From Antedon mediterranea (taxonomy: Eukaryota > Animalia > Echinodermata), in the NCBI RefSeq assembly GCF_964355755.1, contig NC_092673.1, positions 12,124,948 to 12,188,947 on the forward strand: a stretch of 64,000 nucleotides of DNA. Reading direction: 5' to 3'. The position numbers and the translations under genes were made by a program. How positions within the stretch are numbered: position 1 is the stretch's first letter; each line of letters begins with the position of its first letter. The notes under the pieces were generated by a model. The model worked only from the letters and a program-made list of their open reading frames with translations, had not been told where the DNA came from and searched no databases. Below, piece by piece: positions 1-49,315 of this stretch.

Positions 1-166
1 CTTTTTTCTGGCGGCCATCTTGGATTTTGGCAGCCATATTGGAAAATCTGAACCGATCAAGTGGGTTCCACGGATAAAATCAATAGATAGGTCGAAAGGA
101 AACTCCATGCCAATTTTGGTACTTTTGTCCGGCCGGTAACGTTAAAATTGCTAAGCCACCTGACTA
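1..166. mobile_element. Right end of a non-autonomous DNA transposon (Academ-like)
   Basis: GCCATCTTGGA/GCCATATTGGA subterminal repeats and ...CTAAGCCACCTGACTA terminus; family assignment from recalled resemblance only. Confidence 0.4.
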
Positions 167-229
167 TGGCTATGTAATGGCTCTGATTTACTGCGGATTG
201 TAGCGCGCCCTCAATTTTTATGGACATTT

Positions 230-310
230 TGGGATGTGATGTTTGTTGAACAGAGATCGTCGCCATCTTGAATTAAACGCAAACGAAGAAAAGATTGTTG
301 GAAAGTGAAT
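230..310 (+). promoter_or_regulatory. Alternative candidate non-coding first exon with YY1-like motif
   Basis: CGCCATCTT at 261-269 followed by donor-like AAA|gtgaat at 305. Confidence 0.25.
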
Positions 311-797
311 AAAACTAGTAGTTATATCCACTGTAATCATTGCTTTACAATACTTGGTTGTAACTTCATATATTTATATTGGTTTTACGGTGTCACCCAA
401 ACGAACGAACAAGGGTTTGTTATTATTTTCATTATACTTAAGCGCATACAATTCAGAGTTGTGTAGTAGAGAGTTTGCTAATAATTTAGTACACTAGCCT
501 AGGCCTATAAAGCCTAGCCCTAGAAAAAATAATAGAAGTACAGTTATAGGCCTTGTCCTTTTAGTAACAAGATATACTGCACTTTCGCACCTAGCTCAGA
601 ATGAAATATTTTGTAGCAATTGTACAATCTGCTCCAATTATACAGTCAATTTTGAAAAATAAAGATGAAATGCTGCAGTTTTTGTGAACGTTTTTTTTTT
701 TACGCGTTTTTTTTATAGGCGGCTAGGGCTCTTTTTTTAGTCAGGTAGGTGGCGGCCTAGCCTAGACTAGAGGCTAGGGGCCTAACTAGCCTAGTTG

Positions 798-2116
798 CAG
801 ACCTATATTATTACGCGAAAAAGAGACAACTTTCAGGTCAACAACACACTTAGGACAACTAGGCTACCTCTGGAGTTTATTAATGATAAACGAAATTTAA
901 ACAGTACACAGTATCAGACCTTGATTTATAAATATAAGAGGAGAGCGTCTTAATGGCTCTCCTCAATATGTTGAGGAGAGCCATTATTTTGATTAAGTAT
1001 CCGAGGCACAGGCCCACCATGGTTGGGCCTGTGGCAAGCCGAATTTTGATAAATGACACCTCTAGATGGCCGGAAATGGTACTCTCGCACGTAAAATTCA
1101 TTGTAGGTCATTGTTCTCTGAACGTAGTCTACGATGTATTGTTATGATAATTATCTACGCGTCGATCGTAGGGTGGTTTGTAGGGTTAGTAAACACCATT
1201 GTCATCACCTTTAGAAGCATGGACAATGCAAACAAACAATGTATTGTTTGCTAATTAAAATCCTATCTAAAGATAGTAGACGTCAATTTTTGTAGCCACC
1301 CTAGCTAGGCCTACGCATCGGTTATCCTAATTTTGACGGAAATCCGCCGACGAGACGACATCGGGTCCGTGGACCTCAGCTCACGCAGAGAGAGAGTCGA
1401 GGCTATCTAGTCTTGTTTCGGCGGCGTACACTATAAATTATTTAATCCTACCTTGGGTTAGCAAATTAAAAAAACGACGCCTAGGCTAGGACACCAACAA
1501 AATATATGCAAAATAAATATATATTCCATATTAATTACTATAAGATTTAACATAAAGGCTTAAGCCTTTTAAAATGATTACGACATGTGTATAAGAAAAG
1601 GCCCGACCAGAATTTGGAGGGGAAAACATGTGAGCAGTTAAGATCAGAGAGTATTATGTTTGATGTCATGTGACACAAAATCCAGGTACACGATCTTAAT
1701 TACTGTTTATCGTCGGCAGCCACCCTCTCGTACTGAGTGAGATGTTGCGGTAAAGCAGAGAGTATCGCGTTTCATGCCATGTGACCAAAAAAACTATGTC
1801 TGTATAATTACGGTCTTCTGTCGGCAGTCTTTTTGAGCGACCGATTGAATGTTCTGATACTATATTTAGAATGAATTGTTTACGATATTTTTCTCGCAAC
1901 ATCAAAGATCGTAGGCGCGCCTAGCCATAACAAAGATCGTTTGCGCGACTATATATAGACTGTGTGTTGTATTCGGGGTTAATATTCTTATCATTATATA
2001 TATTTTTATGATGCACTGTAACAGGTTGGGGAGCTCTATTTTAGGCGCTCCTTTGATCGTTTTCAGGAGCGCCAAAGAGCATCAGCGCCATGGCGCTCCT
2101 TTTAAATTAAGGTCTG
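798..2116. mobile_element. MITE-like element with CAGACCT termini and GGAGAGCG/GGCGCTCC subterminal repeats, carrying an inverted copy of the common repeat core
   Basis: CAGACCTATATT at 798 versus AATTAAGGTCTG ending at 2116; about 1100-1900 is the reverse complement of 17560-18270 and 32100-32650. No clear TSD. Confidence 0.5.
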
Positions 2117-2372
2117 CAGTATCATCAGATCAGCACTCTAAATTTCCGACCAGGATTTACAGGCTGCCGACCACCACTATTATGTATTATTAATCATTAC
2201 GATATTTATATTAGGCCTAGGCCTTACTAAAATTCGCACTGAAACATTTTACCTAGCACATCCTTAATTACAGACAAGCTAGCCTCATATAGATGAGACA
2301 AAAGACTACAGCAAATGTTTCCGTGGTTACGTACGTTACTTTATTTGTAACAACACAATACCAGGCCTACCC

Positions 2373-3600
2373 CAGGGCTGAAAATTAACGGTCGCCCGGT
2401 CGCCAATGGCGACCTTTATTTGGTAAGGGCGAGTATTAATTTGGTGATGGTCGACCCGTCTGGCGACTTCCAGAAACTGCATCCACCTACCTTTTATAAC
2501 CAATCTAGGCCTAGGCTAATAATATATAAGCTAAGTTATAAAGCTACAAGCCTAATAGCAGTCCCTTGTTTTTAAGGATCGCGAGCGAGATCGCACTCAA
2601 CAACCTTCGAAAAGGAGAGCAATTAATCGCGCTCTATCTCCCAGTGCGAGGTGGTACACTACCAAGAAAGGGGATTTCCCTGCCTGCATTCAAGGGCGAG
2701 TTTACTTCATCGCCTCATAGTGCAACCAGTACGGTGTCATAGAAACACCTCCTTTACAGGAAGCACATGTCCCAACCAATAATTTTTCCTTTTATGCTTA
2801 CTAAATGTTTTATGGAACGAGTTAATAAAATATATTTAATTTTAAAAGGAAACATTAATATAGGAGGCCTAAATATAATGTTTATTATTTAAAAACTTAG
2901 TTGCTTTAATTATGTCATTTTGAAGATGGATTATTTCTTCGAAAGTTCTAACCAATTTTGGTCACTCAAATCCTCCTCAAAACACGTGCTGACGTGTGAC
3001 GTCAGCATCTTCTAAAAGCTCTCTCAGCCCTCCCCTATATTATTATTGTGTGTGCGCCCATGTGTGACACATGTAAACACGATCAAATATCTTTCTTAAT
3101 TATTTTAAAATGACACTTTGTAACTTATTATCAATATTTTAATGGCTGTTGCATTTTAGAATTGTATAATTTATGAATTGCAGGTAAATACTTTTCAAGT
3201 TTTCTGTCTGATTTCTAGGCCAACAAGCTAGGCTAGAAAAGCTACCTAGTAGCTAGAGGCTAAAGGCATAGTTGACCAGGACAGGATTTTCCAGGCTCCT
3301 GAAACCCAATCTACCCAGGCCATAAAAAAAAAAATTGGCTTGAGTTTTTTTACTGTAGAATAATACGATCCCCACGGAAAATATTGTGTGTGAAGGTGGG
3401 TGTGGGGGATTTTAGGGGAGAGGTACAGTATACACTTGTTGTGCCCGGGGGGGGGGGGGTGTTTATCCCCACGCCCGTCGGGCAAAAAAAATTTGTACAA
3501 AAAATTAATAAGGGCCAGCCATTTTTAATAAGGGCGACCATCCTTCAACTTCAACTGGCCCTGCTGGCCACTATGGTTTAAAGGTTAATTTTCAGCCCTG
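2373..3600. mobile_element. Non-autonomous hAT-like element, 6-bp TSD
   Basis: TIR CAGGGCTGAAAATTAAC / GTTAATTTTCAGCCCTG; TSD CTACCC on both sides; GGGCGA subterminal repeats. Confidence 0.85.
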
Positions 3601-3999
3601 CTACCCTGCCCTGGTATTCATTGTTACAGCTTGTGAGTCATGGCGAACAACGTGCTACACAGCACAGTGTACAAGTTTAAAGTTCACATAGCGACCATTC
3701 AAGCGTTTTATTTTGCAAAGATTAAAAATACAACAAGTACGCAGTACTTATGTTATGCCACCGAATTATTATTTATGCCATGTTTCTTATTTTGTGAATA
3801 TTATATATGTTAAAAGTGCCAGTAAAATGAGATCGATTTACTGTAGAATGAAGTATAGTAAAAATAAAGCAGACAAACGAAAATATAAACAGTTTTTTAT
3901 TTATTATTATTATTTTACTCTAAAAACACTGAATACATTAACCATGGAGCTATTGTAGCTCCATGCATTAACACTAAAGAAAGACAAACAAATACGTAC

Positions 4000-4560
4000 G
4001 GCACAAAGACAACAACAACCACGCGCGCGCAGCGGCAGGGGACTTCCCCTGCTAACTGCTACAAAACTTACTGGACTGGACGTCCCTGGATAACTTCAGG
4101 TTGCTGAACTTCAGTTAACCCATAAACACGTGTCTGTTCTTGCCGGCCATGCACTACATGCTTGCCGCACAGTTGTGAAACAACAAATCCGGAATTCGCA
4201 AATACGCTAAAAAACTCTCGCGCAAAAGAACACAAACATATTATATCGAGCAACAAGTAGTAAGGTCTAGGCTAATAATTTATCTACAGTATTTGATTAG
4301 GGTTAGGCCTAAATAAGAAAGCGCCTGTTTTTGTGGAATTCAGATTTTGGGGCATCTATTGTGGTCGTAGTGTCCACAAGGCTAGCCCTAGGCCTGACGC
4401 GATCTATTGCTATTCATTTCGTAAGCGTTTTTTTGTTTTCGCGAATAATAGTGGCGACTCCCCGGTGGTACAAGGTTAGGCCTAGACCCGACGCAATTTG
4501 TTGTTATTTATTTTCATAATTCTTTATGTTTCGCTAAAATAACGACAAACCCCAGGGGTT
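4000..4560. promoter_or_regulatory. CpG-rich candidate promoter and non-coding first exon of PRRC2, possibly bidirectional
   Basis: Local CpG enrichment; E2F-like TCGCGCAAAA near 4218; + strand donor gtaagg at 4260; minus-strand donor gtaagt starting at 4071. Confidence 0.4.
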
Positions 4561-5630
4561 CCCCCCCCCCCCCCCAGGAAATTTGGCGACCGGCACTCCA
4601 AAAAGCTGGTGACATCCCTGCAGTAATATAAACATAGTAGGCCTACATACAGTACAGAAAGAATATCGTGTTGTTCCTAATAAACGCCCCTGGGGCGTTG
4701 CATTTTTTAAAAAAAAGGGGTGTTTGTTAGGGGTAAAATGTAAAAATCATAAATAGAGCCTAGAAGAGGCCGACCTACCCTAAACAAGTTGCTTCAGATG
4801 GTCAATTAATGTTTTTTATATTGTGACCTTTGACCCAGTGACCCCAGGCTAAGATGAAAAATCAAATACATTATTTTAAATCTTTAGGGTCACATTTATA
4901 TTTGTACTTATACATTCTTATTCAAAATACCTAATGGATTAAGAGATAATTAGCATATTTTAGATGTCAAACTGGAATGACCTTTGACCTTGACCCCAAA
5001 GACAAGTCAAATATATTATGAATCTTTGGGGTCATGTTTATATTTGTGTTCAATACATTCTTATACCAAATTCTTTATGGTTTAAGAGATAATTGGGATC
5101 AAAGTTGTAAAATGGCAGCCATTTTGATTTTATGCAAATTAGGTAATTTATAATGGGCAGATCAGGGTAGATTTTGGATATGATAATATCCTACATATAG
5201 TTGAGCATATTTCAGCAAAAAAACAAACTGTTGCAATTTGTTTGACTGAAAAGTCTATTTCCACTCATCTATGTTGACATAGATAAATTGACTAAAATGT
5301 TTTTACCACTATATTTCAACAATTTTAAATTAAAGATTCATTTGGCTAAATAAAAAAATTTGACTTTAGCCATTTTGGTTATAGATAAACTTATTTGACT
5401 AAAAAAAACTTGACTTTGCCAAATGGCTAAACAAAATGAAATGTTAGTGCTACCCCAGAGCAGCCATTTTATTTTTGGCCAATCTGGAAACTTTTTTTCC
5501 CATGGTGACTTGCCAGTGCAAGCCCAGCCACAATAAAACATTCGCTGCTGGTTTTTTTTTTTCTGATCTGTTGGTAATAACTCTTTGAAATATGGCAGTG
5601 TGATGATTAGTGATGTACTGTATCCCAACT

Positions 5631-5702
5631 GGCCAGCCAATCCCAGATGGCCAGCCAATCCCAGATGGCCAGCCAATCCCAGATGGCCAGCCAATCCCAG
5701 AT
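5631..5702 (+). repeat. Minisatellite, 4 x 18 bp GGCCAGCCAATCCCAGAT
   Basis: Four consecutive identical units read directly. Confidence 0.9.
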
Positions 5703-5773
5703 CAGGGAGTGCGCTTTGGATTTGAATAGGCTCGGTGATTTGCTGTGGCATCATGACATTTAAATTATGTAAC

Positions 5774-6470
5774 TACAGCACAGAAAGAAAATACTGCAAC
5801 TTTTCCTACTAAGTAGCTTCATAGATAGAACATAGACTACATTGTTGGCTTCGTAACCTTAATAAGGTGTTCTTACGATGTTCTTGGTGAAGTAACAAGT
5901 TGTGAAAATTATTGTGTTAATTTTGACTGGCGGAGGACCAAGTTGTAAGTTACTTAAAAATATATATTTTTTAATCGTAATCGTTTTCTTTGTACGTGCA
6001 TGAATATAAATATAAATTTCCCACGATGTAAACAAAGAGACACGATCCAACACAATGAACTAGGCAAACTAATAAAAATAATAGCGAACGTCCAGTCGAT
6101 CCAGAAATGATGCGACCAAAAAGATCGTAAAAAATTCATTCTAAATATAGTCGGTCGTTCAAAAATACTGCTGACAGAAGACCGTAATTAATATACTGTA
6201 GACCTAGTTTTTTTAGTCACATGGCATGAAACTTGATACTCTCTGTTTTACCGCAACATATCACCTTTTTTTTTCAACTTGGTACGATAACGAGGGGTGG
6301 CTACAAAACAGTAATTAAGATCGTGTACCTGGATTTTGTGTCACATGACATGAAACGTAATATAATACTCTGTCAGCTGTTCCCACGATTCACATGTTTT
6401 TCCCCTCCACAACCGATGCGTAGGGCGGCTACAAAAATTGACGTCTTCTAGCTTTAGATAGGATTTTAAT
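5774..6470 (+). mobile_element. Degenerate copy of the CAGTACAG-terminus repeat family and common core
   Basis: TACAGCACAGAAAGAAAATACTGCAACTT start and body match 31663-32650. Confidence 0.7.
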
Positions 6471-6731
6471 TACATACATAGTAATAATTATGTAGGCCTC
6501 AGAGCTACAATAACAAGGATCTTTTTAATTATACTCGATTGAAGTAAAATAATTCATGCAATATGGAATAGCTAGTGTGAGCTAATATTTCTTATGTATC
6601 CATGGATGTGTTTGGCGAGACCTTTTTTTAAAGGGATTATAGTAATAATATTGATGAAATGTGTTTCAGATATTAGCCTTGGCGTTCTTTAGGGTCAACA
6701 CAGCTACCTACTCAATGACAGGCAAGAGAGA

Positions 6732-44369
<37,638 letters not shown>

Positions 44370-46380
44370 TTGTTTTTTTCTACAGATGTAGTATCATTTT
44401 TCATTTGATATATTATATAATGTACAGTAAATTTGCCTTGTGTACATTAGATAGCCGGCCAAATGCATTTGTACACGTACACAATTACTATTATTTCTGT
44501 GGCAAAACGTTAATTTCCTATTACTGCTTTTTAAGGTGGAATATTTGATACCAATGAAGCTGTATTTAATGCTTGGAATTGGCTATAAATATTTACAAAA
44601 AGTGTTAAGCAGATATTAGTTGGTTTATAATTAATGCTAGTGGTGGATGTATAGAATTCCCTGATTTCCAGTTTCTATTTAATCATTTTTATTTATGTCT
44701 GTGTTTTTGTAAACAGTGTGTACTGTATAATTATATTTTATCTTGTGTTCCTTGTTATTATTAGTAGTATTTACATTAGCAATTAGTTTTTAAAATGTGT
44801 AGACTTTGTGTTTGATAATGCGTTACATAGAAATTGTTTGCTAATTTGTAATACATTATACATACAAATATATTGCTAAATCATTTAAGAAGTGTAGTAA
44901 ATGTCCTTATTACCGTGAACAGATGCTACACTATTTAACTTAATTGCATGACAGCAGCTTAGAGCTGAGGCAGATGACTTAATTGTTTGCTGTGTCATTT
45001 GAACGATAACTATCTGTGTAAATTGGTGCAGAATGTCAAAAGAAGAAACATTCAACACCCAATTGTATGCATAGGTATCCAAAATTGTAAAACATTCTGA
45101 ATCAATAGTGTGGCAATGATAATGTGGTACTAATTAATTGAATACAATGAATGAAGCTATATATGTCTATAAAATCTAGTTGTTTTGGTAATTATTTTGC
45201 TTTCATTATCATTGCCTCTTATGTACCATTGATATACTGTAGTTAAGATACAACTTTGTAATATTGTAAAGGTAAACTTAATTAGTTTAACAAAAATATG
45301 TTCGAGTAAAATCATATTGTTAGTTACTAGAATTATATGATTTGGATTGTCGTTCAGACTGATAGGATCATAGACTTTAAATAAACTGTGGGTTTTAAGA
45401 GTGCATGATTGTATAGCTATAATTTTTGGTTGTTTTTGTTTATAGAGTAATGTACAATATACTGGTATTAAGTGTTTCGTATAAGGATTTTGTGTATAAA
45501 ACGACACAATGCTATATCCCAAATGTTGATTCTATTTCATTTTAGAAGCTGCATTTCAGAGGACATTAAAATACCTTTGGATGTTTAATGATGCTAGTGG
45601 CCACATTTGTTTTTAGTTTGCTGGAGTAAGTTTTTTTGTGCATAATCTCGCCATAAACGGACTAAGTTATTGTATTTATTCTTTATTTTTTCTTTGTTTG
45701 CCGATTTAGCTAAAATGTTAACGTGTATAATAATATATGCCTGGTACTTAAATAAGGCTTCCTTTAAAAAAGACCAGAGCGTATGAGAATACGCGATTTG
45801 TTTCTTTATAGAAACTTTTTCTGGAAATTGGGTGGAACATAATTATGATCAACTATTGCGATTGTCGGAGGACTTTGAAAGTTGGCAAAGTATGCTTCAT
45901 ATCGAGTTTTATCCGCACACAGAACTAAAATCTTTTTACTAAAATTAAGATTTTTTGTATGATAAATTGCCTCCTATAAGCGGCCACCTTAAAAGTTTGT
46001 ATTGACTTTTGACAACAAAAATACAATTTTGATACTTATTGTGCTTTATTAGATTTATTCGAAGCGGATTTAAAAACATTTCTATAAGAACATTCCTGTG
46101 TTTTTAGATGAGATGAGAAAACTACACAGATTTTGACCGACCATTTTCATATGATTTTTAAAATTTGTCTGAAAATCATAAATATAAATACAAAACCACC
46201 TGATCATAAACAATAAAATAAAACTATCTGGAGAAATAAAATAAAATAAATAAAAATAAAAATAAAATAAAATAAATAAGAACGCCAAAAAATATCGGGC
46301 AATAACCATAATACGTGATTTTGGCCCTTCATATTGGCAGAGAACCTCCACTAAGCGGCCTGATGGTGAACCACGCTTAA

Positions 46381-46580
46381 GCCTGGTTTCCATTAAAATC
46401 GCTACACGCGCAGATGTCGCCGACGCAATCGCGATCGCAATCGCAGTCAAATCGGCAAAGTTCAACAACCATGTTCAACTTTGCCGATTTTGTCAGCGAT
46501 GAATCGTATACGCGTACCAAAGAATATTTAGCGCTCGCGTACTAGATCCTCGATAAATTCTAGCGTTTCCATAGAATCCT
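46381..46580. mobile_element. Harbinger-like MITE fragment
   Basis: TAA|GCCTGGTTTCCATT start; internal inverted repeat AAATCGGCAAAGTT..AACTTTGCCGATTT. Confidence 0.45.
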
Positions 46581-46959
46581 ACGCCATGATCTAAAGTGTA
46601 TATAATTGCAAGGAAGTAAGCGAGCGAATTGACCAATCACAAGCGTTAAATGTTGGGAGGTATAATGCAATACAATCGCGTTTGGATTTTTGTATACATT
46701 TAATTTTAAGATATTATTTGTACATTTTAACGTTAAAAGCAATTTTTCAAAACTGTCCTTTACTTTTTTTCTCCCCGCAAAATGTGTACGGCACCCAGGC
46801 TATTTGTGTAGTATCACGTGTTCCAAAATGGTCAACCTTCTTACGGCGCTAAACTAATCCAAATTACGCAAGTCAAAATACGTTAACTTGAGGGCGCTGA
46901 CCAATACTGACCAATTTCAATTTGTGACTGTTTTATAAAAATAATACATATACAGTATA

Positions 46960-47489
46960 TTACTTTAAAAACATTAAACCAGGTCATTCCTTGTCTTAAA
47001 TGTACGTTTTATGGTAAATTATGATAAAAAGTACCTAGGTAGCTCGCGGCGACTGACCTCTCGTGGACGGTCTAGTTTTGTAGGCCTAGCTGGTAAACAT
47101 CGGTAACGTACGCTAGCTATATACCTAGCCTGACGTTGTATAGTTGCTGCATTAATTTTCTTTCTATTTTTGCCAGACTCCGTTGATACAAATTGGGGAA
47201 AACCCGGTATTTTTGCTGAAAAGTTAGGAGTCTTCCACTTGTTTTGGCCTCACGATCGATCGAAAAGTGGGTGAATTACAGAAGAAAAACAGAAATATCA
47301 GTCCGCGCGCAATGCATTTTGGGATTTATAGCGGGCCGCTATAATTATTAGAATCGAGACTTATTTTTCATATTTTTAACCATTTAAAGACGAACAAAAG
47401 TTATCGCAATAGGACCATATAGTATTATTTTTAGATTAAATATAGTTTGTGATCTTAAAATAGATCTAAAAAACGTAGGGAAGGTGTCT
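46960..47489 (-). mobile_element. Kolobok-like element fragment
   Basis: Reverse-complement match to 7967-8265; ends CT|TTAA. Confidence 0.6.
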
Positions 47490-47491
47490 TT

Positions 47492-48104
47492 AATAGAGAG
47501 GTTTCGCAATCTTACGAATACGAAAACGGATACGTCACGCACACGTATTCGTTTTCGTAAGCCATAAAAAAATCCGTTTCGCATGGCAACGAAATAATAG
47601 AGAGGTTTCGCAATCTTACGAATACGAAAACGGATACGTCACGCACACGTATTCGTTTTCGTAAGCCATAAAAAAATCTGTTTCGCATGGCAACGAAATA
47701 TTGAGGCGCGTCCAACATATGACTGCGGTAAATTTGAGCGAAGCGCAGGTACGTGTTGCTTGGTGCTTGGCTGCCTAGGCCTAGCGAAACATCAAAGCGA
47801 GTGAGGACTTTAAAACTGCTATTTATCAAAATTGACTTGGCATTTTAGTAAATTACTTTAGTAAATTACTTTCAATAAATCTATAATTATATTATAATCA
47901 TGAATCATTCCTGATTCAAATGCAAAATGTGCAAATACTAGATCAAAAACTATACTCGTTTTGTAGTTACGAATATGACTGGTGATATTCGTCAACACGA
48001 ATACGCTTTACGAATATGAAATGTGGATCAGCTCAAAAGTTTCACAAATGTGTGACGTATCCGTTTTCGTTATCGTATTCGTAAGGTTGCGAAACCTCCC
48101 TATT
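47492..48104. mobile_element. MITE with long TIRs and a tandemly duplicated 104-bp left end
   Basis: AATAGAGAGGTTTCGCAATCTTACGAATACGAAAACGGATACGTCAC at 47492 and 47596; inverted counterpart at 48052-48104. Confidence 0.8.
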
Positions 48105-49253
48105 GAGGCACGTCCAAAATACGTCAACTTGAGTGTGCTATTCATGTTACTAATGTACAGTACACTGAGGGGCGCTAATAGTAATACAGATTGATGTTCA
48201 CCAATGTGTTACGCTCATGTGTGATTCTCCTTTCTATTGACCAGGTACAGGCATGTATTATAATATCTGGTATATAAATCAAATAATATATGTGTAACAG
48301 AAATCATGATGAAAATAGTACATGAAATGAACAAATATATTTTGCTATATAGCATGAAAATAAAACTCTGAAGTTGATAAAAGCCAGAAACGTAAAATTC
48401 ATCGGATAACATTTTTTACCATACCGTTTATTTTTCACAGTTTTTTTTTTAATATGCCTCTTACAACATTTTTGTACAAAAGAATAGAGATTTCTTAACA
48501 TTTTACGAATTCTGTTATTCCTACATCACTACTCCATTCACCCCCAACAAGATGCGCCAGTCTGTCCATTAATCTATATTAATGTCCATTGCCGTTTGGA
48601 TTGCATACATACATACATAATGATCAAAAACATGTATTAATATGCTAGATTAATAACTTTTCAATTCAAACTATATTATAATAAATCATAAATAAAATAT
48701 AAAAATTTTTTTTTAAATTATTAATTCTCTTAAAGATGCAATACCTCCAATTTTTGTAGTTTTTATATTGAGTAGTACATTGGATAGTTTTTTTTATATA
48801 ATTTTATCGCCGATAGGCCTATACAACAATTCTTCTCTCTTTAGACTGGTTATGTACTATATACTGTTGATGATTTGTTAAACAAATGTGTTTGTTAAAC
48901 TAAAACCAGGACAACACTTTTACAATCAATATTAAAACCTTTAAAAACATTCAGTTTTTAGTGGGAAATTAAGGCTGCTTTTTTCGCGGTCTATTATAAA
49001 ACAATATTATTCGAGGTACAATTGAAGTTTCAATGTGTTTGAACAACAAAATGTAACAGGGTGGTGCTGCGCGGTTGAATTGTGTGTGCGTCGTTACGTT
49101 TATTAATGAACGCGTAAACTGCGTGCTATTTTCCGCTGCTAAGTAACCAGTTATTGTATTCAATTCAGTGTCGGTCACACTCTAGTACTGTGATTCATAG
49201 CTTCATAGCTATAGCTTCCTAAATACTGTATTGATAATACAATTTTGTTTAGA

Positions 49254-49315
49254 ATGTCATCCCAAAAAAAATGCAAAAGCATTTTAATGACACCAGATCC
49301 TTACCACATCCCAGG
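49254..49315 (+). CDS. FAM166: FAM166 exon 1
   Basis: MSSQKKCKSILMTPDPYHIP |gtaagt. Confidence 0.88.

Noticed and set aside
5338-5754. 138-aa minus ORF with GLAGHL repeats
   Set aside because: Translation of the 18-bp minisatellite; no splice or homology support.
47492-47700. Palindromic direct repeats resembling a CRISPR array
   Set aside because: Only two identical 104-bp units with no unique spacers; part of a MITE end in eukaryotic DNA; no cas genes.
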